From NCBI GenBank assembly GCA_035221665.1, contig CM069144.1:29078001-29142000 (forward strand): a stretch of 64,000 nucleotides of DNA. Direction: 5' to 3'. The DNA comes from Okamejei kenojei (lineage: Eukaryota). Below, piece after piece: positions 62,453-64,000 of the stretch. The notes under the pieces are model-generated. The model was not told where the DNA came from, did no database searches, and saw only the letters and a program-made list of their open reading frames with translations. How positions within the stretch are numbered: position 1 is the first letter of the stretch; each line of letters opens with the position of its first letter. Both the position numbers and the translations under genes were made by a program.

Positions 62453-62893
62453 AAAGAATGAAAGGTCATAGTGGGGGTGCAAAAATATTTGCTGAAATGC
62501 TTCAATGGTTGTTGATTTTTATCTGCAAGTTTAGACTAGTGAAGTGGATTGTTCTCCTTTGAGCAAAGGAGGTTGGGGAAGATTTAAAGAAAAATGTGAT
62601 CATGATTGGTTCAGATGGATTTTAGGAAGCTATTCCCAATAGCAGATGGTATAAAGGTCAGGGAACATAGATTTTTAATTTTGAGCAACAAAAACAAGAG
62701 TAATATGAGGAGAAACCTTTTTTCTGCAAGAAGTAGTTGTGAATTGAAAATTATTTAAGACTGGTGGAAACAGAATCTTCCAAAAGGGTATTGGATAACC
62801 ACATTGCAGGGTGGATAATTTGCATGTTTATGGAGAAGGAAGAAACTGCTATACTACAAGTAGCACAGACTCAATGGACCAATAGTCTCTTGA

Positions 62894-63655
62894 TGGGCCT
62901 GTCCCACTTAGGCGACTTTTTAGGCAAGTGCAGGAGATTCTGCAGGTGAGTGCAGGAGACTGACCACATGGTCGCCACATGTTCGCTGATGGTCTCTGGT
63001 GAGTCTCCTTCATGGTCGCGAGGAGTTCCTGCATTCTGGGAACTAATCACGGCCTCAGTATGGTCACCGCAAATTTTTCAACATGTTGAAACATTTTCTG
63101 CAACCAAAAAATTGGTCGCCATGGAGAAAATTGATAATCCTATAGACATAGGGGCAGTTGTAGCGGGGTTGCCATGTAGTTATGGGTAGTCAAAGTAGTC
63201 GTAGGTAGTTTTAGTTAATCGCCTTTGCTGACCAATCATTTTCATTGGCTCATTGCGGAAAAAAAACGTAAGCAGGAGTTTTCAGAACCAAGGATAACCG
63301 ACCGGCAATGTTAAATGTCCGCCGAACTTCACAGCTGTGTATCTCTGGCTTATTAAAAGTTGTCTGGCTTCTTAAAAGTTTTCTCTACCCCCCTCTCCCC
63401 TCTTTTAAAGGACTTACCGTACACTGTGCTAGCCGTCTTAATTACAGCGCCCATCTTCCTGTTCATCATATTGTGTGTACACCTTGGCTTTGTACCATGT
63501 GAATTTCAGGCAGCGCTCCCCTGCTTGCCCTGGCCCCCGTCTTTGTGATGTGTTTGTGTGTGTGTGTGTGTGTTCCACTCTCACAGTCCCCGTTCCAGTT
63601 CCCGGTTTTTCAGGCGGGTTTTTCCGCTGAAAAATCGCCGAAGTGGGACAGGCAT
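62894..63655. mobile_element. PIF/Harbinger-type non-autonomous element in transferrin intron 2
   Basis: TIRs gcctgtcccacttaggcgactttt / aaaatcgccgaagtgggacaggc, the same TIR family as at 15852 and 27215. Confidence 0.78.
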
Positions 63656-63810
63656 AGCAATTCTATGATTCTTCATTGAGACGTTACCTTGATGGTTTCA
63701 GAAGAAGAGGATATAATTGGAATGAAAATTTGATGCCTTCAGTATATTCCAAAATTGAAAAGAAGGCACCTGCATTCTTATTAAAAAAAATACGTGCTTC
63801 TTATTTGCAG

Positions 63811-63913
63811 AATAATGCGGCGGATGCTATAACAGTGGATGGTGGAGATATTTATGAGGGAGGTCTCTTGACTCATGGACGCCTAAAGCCAATTGCAGCT
63901 GAACAAACTACAG
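63811..63913 (+). CDS. TF: Transferrin exon 3 (includes the iron-ligand Asp); gene continues past the window
   Basis: tttgcag|AAT...ACAG|gtaagt; encodes NNAADAITVDGGDIYEGGLLTHGRLKPIAAEQTT, the transferrin ADAxxxDGG signature. Confidence 0.9.
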
Positions 63914-64000
63914 GTAAGTGCCAAACATAAGCACTGGATACAAAATTTATTAACATACGATAAATGGAGAAAAATTACTTGAGGTAAAACTCCAAAAAAT

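Noticed and set aside
63676-63810. N-terminal part of the 84-aa ORF as coding sequence
   Set aside because: It is intronic read-through; transferrin similarity starts at the acceptor at 63811.

Overview
Vertebrate genomic DNA, probably from a skate or ray. This is inferred from the CR1/HER1-like LINE tails, tRNA-derived SINEs with (TAAAC)n tails and Penelope-derived fold-back repeats. Three host genes are visible. (1) The last five coding exons of the mitochondrial rhomboid protease PARL (+, 5436-13377). (2) The complete two-exon CDS of WDR53 (-, 33572-27931), with a CpG island at about 34.3-34.8 kb. (3) The promoter and first three exons of a transferrin gene (+, from 59160). The rest is a dense mix of mobile DNA: L1, CR1, a near-intact Rex1-type LINE, SINEs, Harbinger and hAT MITEs, a Helitron and a solo LTR. 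Two DIRS1-type tyrosine-recombinase retrotransposons are also present, one with complete ITR/ICR architecture nested inside a DNA transposon, as is a 1.45-kb mini Gypsy element with identical LTRs. The most striking signal is a family of ~100-230-bp fold-back elements. They carry minimal hammerhead-ribozyme-like cores (CTGAAGA-stem II-GAAA-CGTH), often on both strands, are flanked by 13-16-bp target duplications, and share sequence with the 3' ends of Penelope GIY-YIG ORFs. All calls were made by eye without database searches, and repeat boundaries are approximate unless termini or TSDs are quoted.
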